From contig SKZC01000103.1 of NCBI GenBank assembly GCA_007127575.1, positions 1 to 29,630 of the forward strand: DNA of 29,630 bases. The letters are read 5' to 3'. Numbering within the stretch: the first letter of the stretch is position 1; every line of letters begins with the position of its first letter. Both the position numbers and the translations under genes were made by a program. The stretch is from Gemmatimonadota bacterium (GTDB taxonomy: Bacteria; Gemmatimonadota; Gemmatimonadetes; Longimicrobiales; Gaopeijiaceae). The notes under the pieces were generated by a model. It searched no databases. It saw nothing but the letters and a program-made list of their open reading frames with translations, and was not told where the DNA came from. This document shows positions 8,737 to 17,097 of the stretch, piece after piece.

Positions 8737-9744
8737 TCACGACGCGCGGAGCTCCCGGATGACCTCCTCCGCTCGATGGGCCCGCGCCTGCCAGAACCCT
8801 CCCGCCCCCCTGGCAACGAGCGCCCATGACTGGTGGAGCCGGATCCACCGCCGGGCCTCCTCCTCCAGCCACTCCAGGGTGGCAAACGGTTCGGCCGCCA
8901 GCATTTGCCGGAGGGCGAACCGTCGCTCCCCGATCCGGAGGGGGAGCTCTCGGCCTCGGGCTCCTCGCACCAGATCGGCGCGAGTCAGAATCAACCCGCT
9001 CCGGACCGGGGTGAGAACCTGGCTTGCCAAGTCGGTCGCCTTCGGGTGCCCCCCCCCAGCCTCCGCCTTCGTGGAGCCAACCTTCCCAGAGCCCGAAGAC
9101 ATGTCGCTCGGCTCCACCCGGGGTGGATCCTCCTCGAGCTCCGGCGCCTCCGCCAGGTGAACCGCCAGCTCTCCGTTCCCGCCCAACTCCTCCCCTTCCC
9201 GGACGAGAACCTCCATCAGCAGCTCCGCCCAACGATGGTAAAATGGCTCCGCCACCTCCTGTATCGAGAGGAGATACGGAGGAAGCCAGCAAGCCAGGTG
9301 CTCATAGAAGAGGGTCTTCCGGGCGTGACGGGCCAATCGGCGCTCCACCGCGGTGCCCCCCGCCTCCGAACCCTTGGGATGCGCCGGGTCCAGTGGGCGG
9401 TCTGTCCCGGCCCCCGTGCTCTCAGCCCCCTCCCCCTCGTCCAGGAGGGAGGCGTACAACGCCAGGAGCAACCCGAGGTGATCGGGCTCCGCCGGAGGTC
9501 GTCGGCCTACGGCACGCCAAAAACCAGCCACTCGGTCCCGTGCCTCCCCGCCCAACATTCCTTCGGCCCCGAGATAGACCGAAGCGAACGGGGGGAGCTG
9601 CAGGAGAAACACCTCGGTGTACTCTTCCGGCCCCGGTGGCGAACCCAACTCCAGGGCCTCCGCGAGCCGGCGCCTCTCGCGGGAGGGCGGCCCCACGAGA
9701 GCGGCCAACGCCCTCCACAGCTCGGAACGCTCTCCGGACCTCAC
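8737..9744 (-). CDS. TorD/DmsD-family molybdoenzyme maturation chaperone with C-terminal extension, 335 aa
   Basis: YTEVFLLQLPPFASVY and EPDHLGLLL match the TorD/DmsD PPYxSVY and (E)PxDH motifs. GTGA overlap with the Mo-enzyme stop. Confidence 0.85.
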   Translation of the reverse strand: MRSGERSELWRALAALVGPPSRERRRLAEALELGSPPGPEEYTEVFLLQLPPFASVYLGAEGMLGGEARDRVAGFWRAVGRRPPAEPDHLGLLLALYASLLDEGEGAESTGAGTDRPLDPAHPKGSEAGGTAVERRLARHARKTLFYEHLACWLPPYLLSIQEVAEPFYHRWAELLMEVLVREGEELGGNGELAVHLAEAPELEEDPPRVEPSDMSSGSGKVGSTKAEAGGGHPKATDLASQVLTPVRSGLILTRADLVRGARGRELPLRIGERRFALRQMLAAEPFATLEWLEEEARRWIRLHQSWALVARGAGGFWQARAHRAEEVIRELRAS

Positions 9745-12700
9745 CCTTGCGAGGGTCCCTCAGTATGGGAACCCACCCCCGGTGCCACCCCGGACGCCTG
9801 TGTCTCCGGAAGCTGGTAGGCGTCCCGAGTGGGACGCACGGGCCTGAGGAGCCAATGAGGCCTCCGTGTACCGTCCGGAGAGACGTCGTTGGCACTTCGG
9901 GTGAGCTCCAACCACTCCCGGTAGACGGCACGGGACCGGGCCAGGTCCACATGAACCTCGCCTGGTTCATCTCCCGCCTCCGCAGGGCGCACCCGAACGG
10001 CCTGGTGCCAGCAGTGCATCCCGGAGATGGGATCCGGGTGGACGGAGAATGTGAGGTTCTGGTGCACCCCCACGTCGGTCCACCAGATCCGAAGGGAATC
10101 GGGATCCTGGGAGGGGAAGGGTCGGACCCCTTCCCGGAGGGAGAGGCCCCATGGCTCTTTCCCACCCCCATTCCTCCCTTCCTCACGTTCCAGGTCCACC
10201 GTCGCCATGATGGCACGCTGCCCATCCTGGCCGGCAAGCCTCCAGCGACCCATGTGGTGGCTGCAGGCCACGACTCCCGGCCGGATCCCCTCGGTCACCC
10301 ACGCTTTCACCACAAAATGTCCGATCTCGGTCTCTACCCTGAGGGGGTCGCCGGTGCGAACACCGAGTGCTCGTGCGTCCCGAGGATGGACCCAGAGAGG
10401 ATTCGAGTGCCCGATTTCGTCCAACCACTTGGAGTTTCCGCTCCGGGTGTGGATCTGAATCGGCAGGCGGAAGGTGGAGATGAGCACCATCCCCCCTTCC
10501 CCGAGACGCTTCGGGTGGACGTGGCTGTGGATGTAGGTGGGAAGGGCGTATTCGGGCCACCCCCAGTCCACCAGGGTGCGCGAGTAGAACTCCAGTCGGC
10601 CGGAGGGCGTAGGGAAACCACGAAGGACCTGGCCGTCCACCTCCACACCGACTCGCCGCCGTCCCTCCTCGTCAGGGTCCATCGGGGGGAGGGGGACCAC
10701 GTTCGGAGACTCCGGTGCCTCGCCCTCGCTATAGACGCGGCCCATCTCGTCGGTGCGGAGGCCTTGGCGCTCCTCCTGCGGCACCTCCTCCTCGTAGACC
10801 GCGCCCACGCCCTTCCGGACCTCAAACGCACCGTAGCGGCGCATGTACTCCAGAGGAGACAGCCCCTCGGCTTCGGCCCGCTCCGGTAGGCCGGGCACCG
10901 AGTTCTCGAACATCCAACCATAGTACTCGTCCACGGTGAGCTTCTTTCCCGGCTCCCTCCGGGACTCGAAGTTCTCTCGGATGCCCATGCTCCCGTCGGG
11001 GTCGATCCGCCAGGACAGCTCGATCCAAAACTCGTTCTCCTCCCAGACCTCCCCCGGGTTCACCTCCCGCGTATCCTTCACCTCCTCTCCGAGGCGTTCC
11101 CGGAGTGCCCGCAGAACCGGCTGGCGAAAGCCCACCCATTGGCCGTCATACTGCTCGTAGGAGTGGACGTCATGGCGTTCCGAGCTGTGGCCCATGGGAA
11201 GGACGTAGTCGGCGAAATAGGCCGTCTCATTCCATGTGGGCGTGAGGGCGACGTGGAGCCCGACCTTCTCCTCGTCCAGGAGGGCGCGAATCCAAGAGAA
11301 CCCGTCCGGGTTCGTCCACACCGGGTTGTACACCCGGGTGAAGTAGACATCGAGCTTCCCTCGGCCCTCCTCGAGAAAATGTGGCAGAAGAAACGAGAGT
11401 TCGTGGAGGGCCAGGGGGTATTCCCTGGGCCATGTGAGCTCGTTCCAATGACTAGGATGGGACGGAGAGTGGATGGGCCGGGGAACGAACTTATTCCACG
11501 CGTTGGGATACGTCCCCCCCTCCGTAGCCACCGCACCCATGAGGGCGTTCAAGAGAAAGAGGGTTCGAGAGACCTGCCATCCGCCCAGATTTCCCGCCGC
11601 CGCACTCCGCCAGTTGTGGGTGGAGAGCCGGGTACCCGCCCCAGCGATGGTCTCCGCCGCGGACCGAAGCTCCGCCTCCGGTACCCCGGACTCCTCAGCG
11701 GCGAAGGCAAAGGTGTACTCGGAGTAGAGCTCTCCCAAGATCTCCTGGAAGACGTGAAAGGATCGCTCCCGTTCGGGGTGCTCCTCAGCCAGGTACTCCT
11801 CCCAGTTCCACCAACGCCGGACGAACTCCACGTTGTAACGTCCCGTCCGGATGAGGTGGTTCGCCACCGCGAGGAAGATTGCGGCCTCAGAACCCGGTAC
11901 CGGGGCGATCCAATGGTCCGCATGGGTGGCGGTGTTGGAGAGACGCGTGTCCAAGACCACCAGCTTGGCCCCTCGCGCCTTCCCCTCCAGGATCCGCTGG
12001 GCGTGGGGGTTGAAGTAGTGTCCCGACTCCAGGTGGCTGCTCACCAACAGGATGACATCGGCGTTGGCGTGGTCCGGGCTGGGCCGGTCGATCCCCATCC
12101 AAAAGTGGTATCCCGCCCGAGCACCGCTGGAGCAGATGTTCGTATGCGAGTTGTGCCCGTCGATCCCCCACGCAGCCATGACTCGCTCCGTGAAGCCGTC
12201 CTCACCGGGCCGACCCACATGGTACATGACCTCGTCCCGGCGCTCGTCTTGAATGGCGGCTCGGATCCTTTGGGCCAGTTCGTCCAGGGCCTCGTCCCAA
12301 TCCACTTGAACCCACTTACCCTCCCCGCGACGGCCGGCCCGCTTCAACGGAAACAGGATCCGGTCCGGATCCGTCACCTGGTTGACGGTGGCGGGCCCCT
12401 TGGCGCAGTTCCGCCCTCGCGAGCCTGGGTGCTCCGGATTCCCCTCGAACCTCCGCACCTGCAACGTTTCCCGATCCACGTAGGCGAGGAGCCCACACGC
12501 CGACTCGCAGTTGAAGCAGGTCGTGGGCACCAGAGCGTATCGACGCTCCTTCCGCCGGGGCCACGCTTTGGCATCCAGCTCCACCCAATCGTCCCACCGC
12601 TCTTTGGGTGGAAAAGCGGCGAGATTCACCCCGCTGGGGCCGGGATAGAACGTGTCCCCCCTGGCCTCCGAGTCCTCGCGGAGGGCCGAGAGGCGACGAC

Positions 12701-12767
12701 TCAGCGCGTTCAGGTCCCGATCCGGCTTCCCTCTCCCGTCTTCACCCATAGGTGCCTCTTCCCTCAT
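9741..12767 (-). CDS. Molybdopterin (bis-PGD) oxidoreductase catalytic subunit, DMSO reductase family, Psr/Phs/Ttr/Soe-like, 1008 aa
   Basis: N-terminal [4Fe-4S] motif TTCFNCESAC...NCAKG, LFPLKRAGRRGEGKW, likely Cys metal ligand in HTNICSSG, TAYFADYVLP, C-terminal dinucleotide-binding domain (HTRSGNSKWL...LWVHPRDA). ATGA overlap with the upstream gene. No Tat signal. Confidence 0.9.
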   Translation of the reverse strand: MREEAPMGEDGRGKPDRDLNALSRRLSALREDSEARGDTFYPGPSGVNLAAFPPKERWDDWVELDAKAWPRRKERRYALVPTTCFNCESACGLLAYVDRETLQVRRFEGNPEHPGSRGRNCAKGPATVNQVTDPDRILFPLKRAGRRGEGKWVQVDWDEALDELAQRIRAAIQDERRDEVMYHVGRPGEDGFTERVMAAWGIDGHNSHTNICSSGARAGYHFWMGIDRPSPDHANADVILLVSSHLESGHYFNPHAQRILEGKARGAKLVVLDTRLSNTATHADHWIAPVPGSEAAIFLAVANHLIRTGRYNVEFVRRWWNWEEYLAEEHPERERSFHVFQEILGELYSEYTFAFAAEESGVPEAELRSAAETIAGAGTRLSTHNWRSAAAGNLGGWQVSRTLFLLNALMGAVATEGGTYPNAWNKFVPRPIHSPSHPSHWNELTWPREYPLALHELSFLLPHFLEEGRGKLDVYFTRVYNPVWTNPDGFSWIRALLDEEKVGLHVALTPTWNETAYFADYVLPMGHSSERHDVHSYEQYDGQWVGFRQPVLRALRERLGEEVKDTREVNPGEVWEENEFWIELSWRIDPDGSMGIRENFESRREPGKKLTVDEYYGWMFENSVPGLPERAEAEGLSPLEYMRRYGAFEVRKGVGAVYEEEVPQEERQGLRTDEMGRVYSEGEAPESPNVVPLPPMDPDEEGRRRVGVEVDGQVLRGFPTPSGRLEFYSRTLVDWGWPEYALPTYIHSHVHPKRLGEGGMVLISTFRLPIQIHTRSGNSKWLDEIGHSNPLWVHPRDARALGVRTGDPLRVETEIGHFVVKAWVTEGIRPGVVACSHHMGRWRLAGQDGQRAIMATVDLEREEGRNGGGKEPWGLSLREGVRPFPSQDPDSLRIWWTDVGVHQNLTFSVHPDPISGMHCWHQAVRVRPAEAGDEPGEVHVDLARSRAVYREWLELTRSANDVSPDGTRRPHWLLRPVRPTRDAYQLPETQASGVAPGVGSHTEGPSQG

Positions 12768-14350
12768 GCGAGAGGTACGGACTGGCCCGCCTGAACATAG
12801 GCGTGCTCATACAGGATCAACCCCACCAGGGCGGGGAGAACGGCCCAGAGACCGATCCATGGAGCCAAGAGCCCGACGCCCCCCAACACGACCCCCATCC
12901 AAAACGCTCGCCCATGCCGGCCCCAAACCATCTCTTCCACCGCCAAACGTGCGTGGGCCGTTCCATGGGTCAACGTCACCTCTCCTGCGACCATGAGCAG
13001 ATGAACCGCCGAGGCACCCGTGACGACGAAAAGGAGAAACGCCACCATCCCGGAAGGGTCCCCCAGGGCCGCCAAAAGTGCCAGAGAGCCCGCACCGGCC
13101 AAGACGGCCTGCACCAGGAGGTGGCCGGGAAGAAGTGGATTCTGCCACAGGTCTCGAGCCCGGGCCTGCGCAAACAAGTAGGCCGTGTAGACCGCCGTAA
13201 GAACCGCCAGCGGGAGGCCCGCCCAGGCCAGCCCCCGGGTCACCTCCGGGCGGCCTCCCAGTCCCGCCAGAAAGTGGATGGCCAAGAGGAGCCCGAACAG
13301 GCTGAGGATCACGCCTCCCCGAACCAACCAGCTCTTCCACTGAGGGCGAAGGAAGATGTACATGAAACGGGCGGGGTGCTCCAGATCCCAAATCAGAAGG
13401 AGCGAGGTGGCTGCCAGGAACGCACCTGCCATCACCGGCACTCCCACGGTCCACAACGGGTCGGACCAGGAGAGGAGCCCCAGCATGGCCAGACCGAGAG
13501 CCACCAGGTACACACCGGAAGCGATCCCCTTGGTCCAGGTGTAGAGGCTCACCCGAAAGTCCCAGGGCACCCGGTGGGACACATCGTAGGTCAGGAGCGC
13601 AGCCGCCGAGCTGTTCCAGGGCCCGTGGGATTCGGGCTGACCCGAGGGTACGGCCAAGGTTTCGTCCGTCTGCTGGCTGAAGGCGAAGAGACCTCCATCG
13701 GGCCTCCGGGCAGCCAACGGATCCAGGGTGGCCTGGTGGGCTCCCTTGTAGAAGAGGGTGGGTCGGGTCTCCTTCTCAGGTCGACGCACCTGCACGGCAT
13801 CCCGGTGCACGTAGCGCGCCACCTTGGAGTCCGGGTCGTTCAGATCACCCACCAGGATGGCTTCGGTAGGGCAAACCACGACGCACGCAGGCTCCAGCCC
13901 CCCATCGATCCGATGGGCGCAGAAGTTGCACTTTTCCGCCGAATGGTCCTCGGGGTTGATGAAGATGGCGTCGTATGGGCAGGCAGCGATGCAGGCCTTG
14001 CAACCGATGCACGCGGCCTTGTCGAAGTCCACGATCCCGTCGGACCGCTTGAACATCGCCGAGGTGGGGCATGCGGTGACGCAGGGGGCATCGGCACACT
14101 GGTTGCAGCGGGTGACCTGGTAGGACCGCCGCACCTGGGGGAAGGCGCCCACCTCCACATGCTTCACATAGGTGCGGGTCACCGAGAGGGGGACCTCGTT
14201 TTCCGACTTGCAGGCCACGGTGCAGGCATGACAGCCGATGCACCGAGTGTGATCGATGACCTTGGCCCACTGAACCAGATCCACGCTCGAGGCCTCTGGG
14301 CCGATGTTCAAGGGCTTGGGTTCCGCTGCAGCGTGGTGGGACTCGGGCAC
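12764..14350 (-). CDS. Fusion of a 4x[4Fe-4S] ferredoxin (PsrB/NrfC/DmsB-like) and an NrfD/PsrC-family membrane anchor, 528 aa
   Basis: CIGCHACTVAC, CNQCADAPCVTACP, CIGCKACIAACP, KCNFC...PACVVVCP, followed by about 8 hydrophobic helices with NrfD motifs (WDFRVSLY, DLEHPARF...SWLVRG). Exact start (GTG 14350) is uncertain. Confidence 0.9.
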   Translation of the reverse strand: MPESHHAAAEPKPLNIGPEASSVDLVQWAKVIDHTRCIGCHACTVACKSENEVPLSVTRTYVKHVEVGAFPQVRRSYQVTRCNQCADAPCVTACPTSAMFKRSDGIVDFDKAACIGCKACIAACPYDAIFINPEDHSAEKCNFCAHRIDGGLEPACVVVCPTEAILVGDLNDPDSKVARYVHRDAVQVRRPEKETRPTLFYKGAHQATLDPLAARRPDGGLFAFSQQTDETLAVPSGQPESHGPWNSSAAALLTYDVSHRVPWDFRVSLYTWTKGIASGVYLVALGLAMLGLLSWSDPLWTVGVPVMAGAFLAATSLLLIWDLEHPARFMYIFLRPQWKSWLVRGGVILSLFGLLLAIHFLAGLGGRPEVTRGLAWAGLPLAVLTAVYTAYLFAQARARDLWQNPLLPGHLLVQAVLAGAGSLALLAALGDPSGMVAFLLFVVTGASAVHLLMVAGEVTLTHGTAHARLAVEEMVWGRHGRAFWMGVVLGGVGLLAPWIGLWAVLPALVGLILYEHAYVQAGQSVPLA

Positions 14351-14414
14351 GGCATCACATCCCTTGTGGAAGGCCGGAGGCGAAGGGTGGCGGAGGCCGA
14401 CCCGGACCGGGGTG

Positions 14415-14444
14415 AACGTAGGAAGCGGGATCCAGCCCCGTCAA
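14415..14444 (-). promoter_or_regulatory. Candidate sigma70 promoter for the Mo-enzyme operon
   Basis: Minus strand TTGACG-N18-TACGTT, 65 nt upstream of the GTG at 14350. Confidence 0.5.
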
Positions 14445-14510
14445 TGAGAACGAGGGTCACCGGGACCCCAACCGGACGACGCAACCCCGGCTCCCCCTCG
14501 ATCTCAGAGT

Positions 14511-16859
14511 TCATCGACCATCGACGCGGGGCTCCCCAGACGCCTGAAGCGCATTGAAGAGGAAGGGCCAGGTACCCACCATCTGGCCCCGGTAGTTGGG
14601 TGCGAACCCAAAGAGAGTGATGGAACCCTGACCCACCCGTGCTTCCACCAGAGCCGGGAGCTCGGCGATGAGCCGGCCTCCCAGAACCCATCCGGCCAGG
14701 ACCGGGTCTCCGGACGCATATCGGGCCAGCACCTGGGCCCGCGGGTCCTCAACCCGGAACGCCCGGCTGAACTGTCGGTCACCGGCTCCCCAGTACCAGA
14801 CCGGATGATTCGGCCCCAGACCCTCCGTTATGGCATGGGTGCCGACCATTTCAACGGACAGGATGGAGCCGGGAATGTAGAAATCGGCGGTGGGGATGTC
14901 ATCGATGGCGCTGCGGATCTGGAGCCCGAAGGTCTGGATGGCGAAGTCCGTGGACTGCTCGATGGCGATGAGGTGCCCGCCGTCACGGACGAACTCCCGG
15001 ATGGCCTCCACCCCGGCATCCCCCAGGCCGCCCACGAAGTCCGGGGCGATGGTGCCGGGGGGATACCCATCCACGATTTCCGCCGCCGGCTGGCTTTCGA
15101 AGAGGAGAACATCGAAGCTCCCTCGCAGGTCCCCGGCCTGAATGTCCGCGTTGTTCAACGTATCGTACTGGAGTCCGTGCATGTCGAACATCCAGCGGGT
15201 CCACCCCGAGGGCATGGACTCCCTCCACCCCTTGTAGACACCCACCCTCGGAGCGCCGGCTCCCGTGAGGCCCTCCGGAAGTGTGTAGCTCTGCTCGAAC
15301 TGGGGAATGGGATCGGAAAGAGAAATCTGGACGGGCTCCTCCACCGGGAATGCCTCGATGTTCAGCATCAGCGGGAGGTTGTGAGCCGTGACATCATACG
15401 GTCGCTGGGGCGGGCCTCCAGGGTACTCCCTCAGGTCCGGATACTCCTGCCTCTGAAGGAGAGTGTTGGCAAAGGAGGCCATCGGCTGATCCAAACGGAT
15501 CACGTAGTCACCGGCCGAAAACCTTCGTCCGGCGGCCGTGAAGCCGTCCTGGGCTCGACGTACCTCTACATCCCCGGTGGTGAGGATCCGGAGCACCGTC
15601 TCCAGGCCTGGCTGGTACTCCTGCTCCGCGGGTATGACCCATGCAAGGGGCCACCACTCCGCCCACCGATCCACTGCGTTCTGATTGATCTGCTGGAAGT
15701 TGCTCACCCAGTAGTCCCGGTTTCGGGCGGCATCCGTGAGGAGCGCCTTGGCAGCGGACGCCATGTAGTCCACCTGCTGCGGGAAGTCCCATACCCCCCC
15801 GGGCCAGACGTCGGGGAAGTTCCAGCTACGCTTTTGGGGGTCAAAGCCGATGCGCGGCGTAAGGTCCTCGAGAGACAAGGTCTCCGGGACGGCCACCCGG
15901 TTGCGTGCCGTTTCGCTGAGGATGCGGACCGCACCCCTGTAGTGGGGTGGTTTACGTGCCGGCGAGTAGGCGTCGTACTGAGCATTCACCACGACCCCCC
16001 GCTTCCCCTCCGCGATGAGCTCGGAGGCGATGGCTGCCCCAAGGCGATTGGTTCCGGCGGTGACCCGAGGGTCCACGTTGGGGTCGTACGGGTCCACGAA
16101 GGGAGGTACCATGATCCGAGCACCGGTCCCTCCCATCTGATGGACGTCATGCACGATGTGGGGCCGCCACGGGTGATACGCTCCAGTGAGGGTGAGTTGC
16201 GTCTCCTGGAGGTTGAAGGAGAACCAGTCCCGATTGTTGTCGTGCCCTGCGTAGTAGTGATAGAGAAAGGGCAAGGACGGGTTTCCTTCGTACGGTGTCC
16301 CCATCCACTCCATGTAAAAGTCCGAGGTCCACTGGGTCCCGTCCGGATTCAGGGAGGGGATGTGCAGAAGGATGACGTTTTCCCGAATCTCCTGAGCGCG
16401 AGGCTCCTCGGAGGTGGCCACCCAGTGAGCCAGAAGGGGAGCCATCTGGCCAGTGGCCGTCTCATTGGAGTGGACCTGCTGGGTGATGAGGACCACAGTC
16501 CGCCCCTCCTCCTGGAGCCGGGCCAGCTCCTCGGGCCCGGAAATGGTCCGGGGATCCGCCAGCTTCAAGTTGACCTCCCGAAGCTCCTCCAGGCGGCTCT
16601 GGTTCTCCTCTCCCGTGATGATCAGCATCACGAACGGGCGACCTTTCGTCGTCATCCCCAGGGTGTCGATCTGTACCCTGGGGCTCGATGCGGCCAGCGC
16701 GTCATAGTAGCTGGAGAGCTCGTCCCAGTTCGCGAGTTGACGATTTTCTCCGGGCTGGAAGCCCAGGTGGGACTGAGGGGTGGGAACCTCCTCCTGGGCG
16801 AGCAGGGGGCCCGCGAGGGCAACCCCCATCAGCATCATTCCGCTTAACCACTTGGCCAT
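14511..16859 (-). CDS. Secreted M14-family zinc carboxypeptidase with C-terminal glutamine-amidotransferase-like domain, 782 aa
   Basis: Signal peptide (LAGPLLA/QEE); zinc motif HSNE, PSLNPDG, GHDNNRDW, HDVHQMG; C-terminal SGWTRW...FVRDGG domain. GAGGAGG upstream of the ATG. Confidence 0.85.
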   Translation of the reverse strand: MAKWLSGMMLMGVALAGPLLAQEEVPTPQSHLGFQPGENRQLANWDELSSYYDALAASSPRVQIDTLGMTTKGRPFVMLIITGEENQSRLEELREVNLKLADPRTISGPEELARLQEEGRTVVLITQQVHSNETATGQMAPLLAHWVATSEEPRAQEIRENVILLHIPSLNPDGTQWTSDFYMEWMGTPYEGNPSLPFLYHYYAGHDNNRDWFSFNLQETQLTLTGAYHPWRPHIVHDVHQMGGTGARIMVPPFVDPYDPNVDPRVTAGTNRLGAAIASELIAEGKRGVVVNAQYDAYSPARKPPHYRGAVRILSETARNRVAVPETLSLEDLTPRIGFDPQKRSWNFPDVWPGGVWDFPQQVDYMASAAKALLTDAARNRDYWVSNFQQINQNAVDRWAEWWPLAWVIPAEQEYQPGLETVLRILTTGDVEVRRAQDGFTAAGRRFSAGDYVIRLDQPMASFANTLLQRQEYPDLREYPGGPPQRPYDVTAHNLPLMLNIEAFPVEEPVQISLSDPIPQFEQSYTLPEGLTGAGAPRVGVYKGWRESMPSGWTRWMFDMHGLQYDTLNNADIQAGDLRGSFDVLLFESQPAAEIVDGYPPGTIAPDFVGGLGDAGVEAIREFVRDGGHLIAIEQSTDFAIQTFGLQIRSAIDDIPTADFYIPGSILSVEMVGTHAITEGLGPNHPVWYWGAGDRQFSRAFRVEDPRAQVLARYASGDPVLAGWVLGGRLIAELPALVEARVGQGSITLFGFAPNYRGQMVGTWPFLFNALQASGEPRVDGR

Positions 16860-17028
16860 TACCGGTCCTCCTCTACAAGGGTGGAACCGCTACCCAGGTC
16901 CACCCCATCGGACTCCAGGCTCAAGATGCAGCGGGGAATACGAGGCCGGGCGACCCCGGTGGGCAGTCCCGAAGCCACCCGACCTCCGCGTACGAGATAC
17001 TCCTTGGATTACAGAGAACGAGATCCCA

Positions 17029-17097
17029 CTTCCGGGCCCCCGAGCCTACGCAGCCGACTCCTCGAGAAGATCGACCTTCGGCCCGGGGCCCTGGAAG
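17029..17097 (-). terminator. Long imperfect stem-loop directly after the susD-like stop (terminator or mRNA-stabilising element)
   Basis: Minus strand cttcc(a)gggcccc ... ggggcccggaag outer arms with inner gccga/tcggc pairing. There is no U-tract, so it is not a classic intrinsic terminator. Confidence 0.3.

Noticed and set aside
9024-10889. 621-aa Pro/Arg/Gly-rich plus-strand ORF (also 2334-3863, 12752-14557)
   Set aside because: Low-complexity composition typical of off-frame GC-rich reading; fully overlaps real genes.
12660-12767. SRRLSAL near the Mo-enzyme N-terminus as a Tat motif
   Set aside because: Lacks the FLK-like consensus and any following hydrophobic h-region; it is followed by charged residues.
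9741-12767. Formate dehydrogenase or selenoprotein call
   Set aside because: No in-frame TGA, and I do not see the FDH (Se)Cys-His active-site motif; partner subunits are Psr/Nrf-type.
14351-14510. Moco riboswitch upstream of the Mo-enzyme operon
   Set aside because: The predicted leader is only about 55 nt and shows no recognisable Moco motif.
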